From positions 589,030-653,029 of the forward strand of contig CAVPRN010000001.1 of the NCBI GenBank assembly GCA_963707935.1: DNA of 64,000 nucleotides. The letters are read 5' to 3'. The notes beneath the pieces were generated by a model. That model saw only the letters and a program-made list of their open reading frames with translations. It ran no database searches and was not told where the DNA came from. Source of the stretch: an uncultured Acidobacteriota bacterium (GTDB lineage: Bacteria; Acidobacteriota; Thermoanaerobaculia; UBA5066; Gp7-AA6). Both the position numbers and the translations under genes were made by a program. Shown here piece after piece: positions 62,569 through 64,000 of this stretch (positions within the stretch are counted from its first letter, which is position 1; the number at the start of each line of letters is the position of its first letter).

Positions 62569-63750
62569 TTGTCGGATCAGACACCCTACGACGTCGTGGC
62601 ATATCGGCCGGCCTTCCAGAGCCAGATCGTCGCCCTTCAAGCCCATTCGTGGGGTGCCGACCTGGACCCGGCCGTCTGCGCGGCCTATCTGGACTGGAAG
62701 TACACGCGCAATCCCTACGCCGACGGGGTGATTCACGTGGTCCTGCGCGGGAGCGAAGTGGTGGGCATGCGAGGGCTCTACGGCGCCAGGTGGCTGTTGA
62801 GTCGACCCGCACGGCAGCTCGTGGGCCTGTGTGCTGGAGACCTGGTCATCGCCCCGGACCACCGGCACCGCGGACTCTTCCAGAGGCTCGCACGGGCCGG
62901 CCTCGAGGAGGCCGCGCGGCGTGGTTACCCCTACGTCTTCAGCTTCAACCCGAGCCCCACGACTTCCCTCGGCCTCACGGCGATGGGATGGCATGTCCTC
63001 GGCTCCCCGGAGCCGATGCGTTGGGAGTCGAGATGGAGGAGACTCGTGCGTCACGTCCGGGATCGCGCCGCGTGGCGGCGTGTTCGGAGCGTGTGGCAGT
63101 ACACCCGGCGGCTGGGTGTCGCTCGGAAGATGCGGGAGTCCGTCGAGCGATTATCCGCGGCCGGGCGGCGGACGCGACGGCCACCGTTCGAAGGCCTCGA
63201 CCGGCACGGTGCCCGTGCGAGGTCGGGCGATCCCATTCTCGCTACGTCGGAGCCGGAACCCGAGGTCCTGGCCGAGCTGGTCGAAAGGATCGGCCACAAC
63301 GGACGAATCCGTCACGTGAGGGACTCGGAGTATTTCCGCTGGCGCTTTCGCAATCCGGCCTCGCGCTACCGGTTTCTTCTGTGGAAGGAGCGCGCGAGGC
63401 TCGAAGGGTATCTCGTCCTTCAATCGTCCGTCCTCTCCGACAGCAGGCAGATCAACGTCGTGGACTGGCAGGCCAGCAGCGGGGAGGTGCGGGCGGAGTT
63501 GCTCCGTGCGGCGGTTCGGAGCTGCCGGTTTGAGGACCTGACGATCTGGTCGGCGACGCTGTCGGAAGATGCGCGAGCCCTCCTCCGGGACGCGGGCTTC
63601 CGTCGCATCGTAGAAGTCTCCGTGCCGCGCCGCATTCTGGTTCGATCCGTCCAGGACGAACTGCCGGGCGAGCAATGGGTCGTCGGGGGACGGCGACTGC
63701 TCGACCTCGCCGACTGGGACCTGCGAATGGTCGATTCCGACGCCTGCTAG
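62569..63750 (+). CDS. GNAT-family N-acetyltransferase-like protein (two-lobed)
   Basis: Acetyl-CoA-binding-like block LVIAPDHRHRGLFQRLARAGLEEAARRG. TTG start 7 nt after GAGGA (uncertain). Confidence 0.6.
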   Translation: MSDQTPYDVVAYRPAFQSQIVALQAHSWGADLDPAVCAAYLDWKYTRNPYADGVIHVVLRGSEVVGMRGLYGARWLLSRPARQLVGLCAGDLVIAPDHRHRGLFQRLARAGLEEAARRGYPYVFSFNPSPTTSLGLTAMGWHVLGSPEPMRWESRWRRLVRHVRDRAAWRRVRSVWQYTRRLGVARKMRESVERLSAAGRRTRRPPFEGLDRHGARARSGDPILATSEPEPEVLAELVERIGHNGRIRHVRDSEYFRWRFRNPASRYRFLLWKERARLEGYLVLQSSVLSDSRQINVVDWQASSGEVRAELLRAAVRSCRFEDLTIWSATLSEDARALLRDAGFRRIVEVSVPRRILVRSVQDELPGEQWVVGGRRLLDLADWDLRMVDSDAC

Positions 63751-63858
63751 GTTGCCGGAGCCGAAGAGCGTTCCCACGTGGCGCGATACGCCGACACGGA
63801 AGACACGGAAAGTCGGAGGTCGCAAGGAGGATCGGATCGGCCAATTCGCCGGAAGATT

Positions 63859-63931
63859 TGGTGCGCCCGCCGCGATTCGAACGCGGGACCTTTAGCTCCG
63901 GAGGGCAGGACGGCGAGGAGCCTACGGGAGC
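63859..63931 (-). pseudogene. Degenerate tRNA-Arg(CCG)-like element
   Basis: The minus strand reads GCUCCCG-UA-GGCUCCUCGCCGUC-CUGCC-CUCCGGA-GCUAA-AGGUC-CCGCG-UUCGAAU-CGCGG-CGGGCGC-A-CCA. The T arm, variable loop, CU-CCG-GA anticodon loop and acceptor stem (one U:C mismatch) are canonical. The D arm lacks GG, and the 3' anticodon stem does not pair. Confidence 0.5.
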
Positions 63932-64000
63932 GGACGACAGTTCAGAGTAGACGAATCAACGACTTGGCTGCACGAGTCTGCTTTGGACCTTCTACAACTG

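Noticed and set aside
63859-63960. The tRNA-like 3' end might be tmRNA (ssrA) or tRNA-Sec (selC), which would be attractive given the selenoprotein.
   Set aside because: The acceptor 3' strand CGGGCGC-A-CCA implies a 5' strand GCGCCCG. That has no G3:U70 pair and no GGGG start as in tmRNA. There is no 8-bp acceptor stem, long variable arm or UCA anticodon as in tRNA-Sec. The anticodon loop reads CCG (Arg).

Overview
High-G+C bacterial chromosomal window (G+C judged by eye; taxon not determinable here). It opens with origin-proximal synteny, mnmE-mnmG-rsmG-parA-parB, plus a translationally coupled bactofilin gene and an F1Fo ATP synthase operon (b'-b-delta-alpha-gamma-beta-epsilon; no a or c genes). 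After that come mostly housekeeping and scavenging genes: secreted peptidases and amidohydrolases, a two-component system, c-di-GMP enzymes, a methionine/folate enzyme, an oxyanion porin/modA locus, a polysaccharide-type glycosyltransferase cluster and a large Ser/Thr kinase fusion. I found no CRISPR array, rRNA gene, transposase, integrase or recognisable defence system. The strongest hidden signal is an in-frame TGA at 26420-26422. It joins two called ORFs into a membrane-anchored iodothyronine-deiodinase-like selenoprotein, with a SECIS-like hairpin just downstream. This gene sits in an apparent operon after two tandem Tat-signal M24-family paralogs. Other notable items: a free-standing LAGLIDADG homing endonuclease wedged between rsmG and parA; two BIME-like REP arrays in direct orientation bracketing a histidine kinase/response regulator/DUF885 module; and a duplicated porin 3' end bracketing an FAD-binding protein gene. 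There are also heptad-built hairpins at convergent gene ends, a 27-bp perfect A/T-rich inverted repeat, and a degenerate tRNA-Arg(CCG)-like element near the window end. Many genes carry frameshifts, including essential atpG and mnmG, and these are heavily clustered in a few genes. Most can be repaired by removing or adding one base in a short G/C run. Under-polished assembly is therefore at least as likely as real decay, except for an Nramp remnant, a porin fragment and a VOC fragment, which look truncated. All calls rest on reading the translations and sequence by eye; no database search was run.
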